Source: Ptychomitrium polyphyllum (taxonomy: Eukaryota). Taken from it: DNA of 64,000 nucleotides. The DNA lies in NCBI GenBank assembly GCA_973851085.1, contig OZ316775.1, positions 62,001 to 126,000 on the forward strand, in the 5' to 3' direction. Of this stretch, positions 63,691 to 64,000 are shown one piece after another. Every line of letters begins with the position of its first letter. Within the stretch, counting starts at the first letter, position 1. Position numbers and translations under genes: made by a program. The notes beneath the pieces are model-generated. The model made no database searches, had not been told where the DNA came from, and saw nothing but the letters and a program-made list of their open reading frames with translations.

Positions 63691-64000
63691 GCAATTACAA
63701 CAAGGTCAAGATTGGTACATAATTTATACAGATTTGTAAGATGTAGAATGGTTTCATTTTGTTGTTTTTGCTTTAAATTGATTAAAAATTAATATCATCA
63801 ATTGAAATTAGGCCTAAACAAGCCCAAGAGGCTTCATTTACAAAGTAATTATCTCTTAAGGAATTCAATAAGCAAATTAGGTAGTTATTAGATGTTAACA
63901 TCTGTTAGACTCAAAGAAATGGCTGAATTAGGAAAAAACAAACTATTTCTCCAACTTAGATTGATTTGTAGTTTTGAGTTAAATTGGAATTTAAATTATG

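Overview
Eukaryotic, AT-rich plant genomic DNA. Gene architecture and repeat content look like a moss such as Physcomitrium patens (inference; no database search was possible). Gene islands: an intronless SAUR gene (+, 6977-7471); a 7-exon HMG-box gene with a long transit-peptide-like N-terminus (+, 21367-23512); a RING-less COP1-like pseudogene with a nonsense codon, a frameshift and a dead splice acceptor (-, 25343-28885); an 8-exon peptidyl-serine alpha-galactosyltransferase with two tandem catalytic domains (-, 44960-48896); and ATP-citrate lyase subunit B (-, 50882-55875). Between them lie decayed Ty3/gypsy elements of at least four families, including a three-level nest at 11873-20501. 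Best leads: (1) two gypsy families lack a tRNA primer-binding site and instead have an 11-nt PBS complementary to their own predicted transcript 5' end, with compensatory changes between the families (Tf1-type self-priming); (2) a 19-bp W-box minisatellite upstream of ACLB; (3) a probably plastid-targeted HMG-box protein preceded by a strong G-quadruplex-type repeat; (4) two templated-insertion repair scars; (5) a -1 frameshift signal at the gag/pol junction. No tRNA, rRNA or CRISPR array was seen. I cannot claim a wholly new biological system; most leads have precedents in known families.
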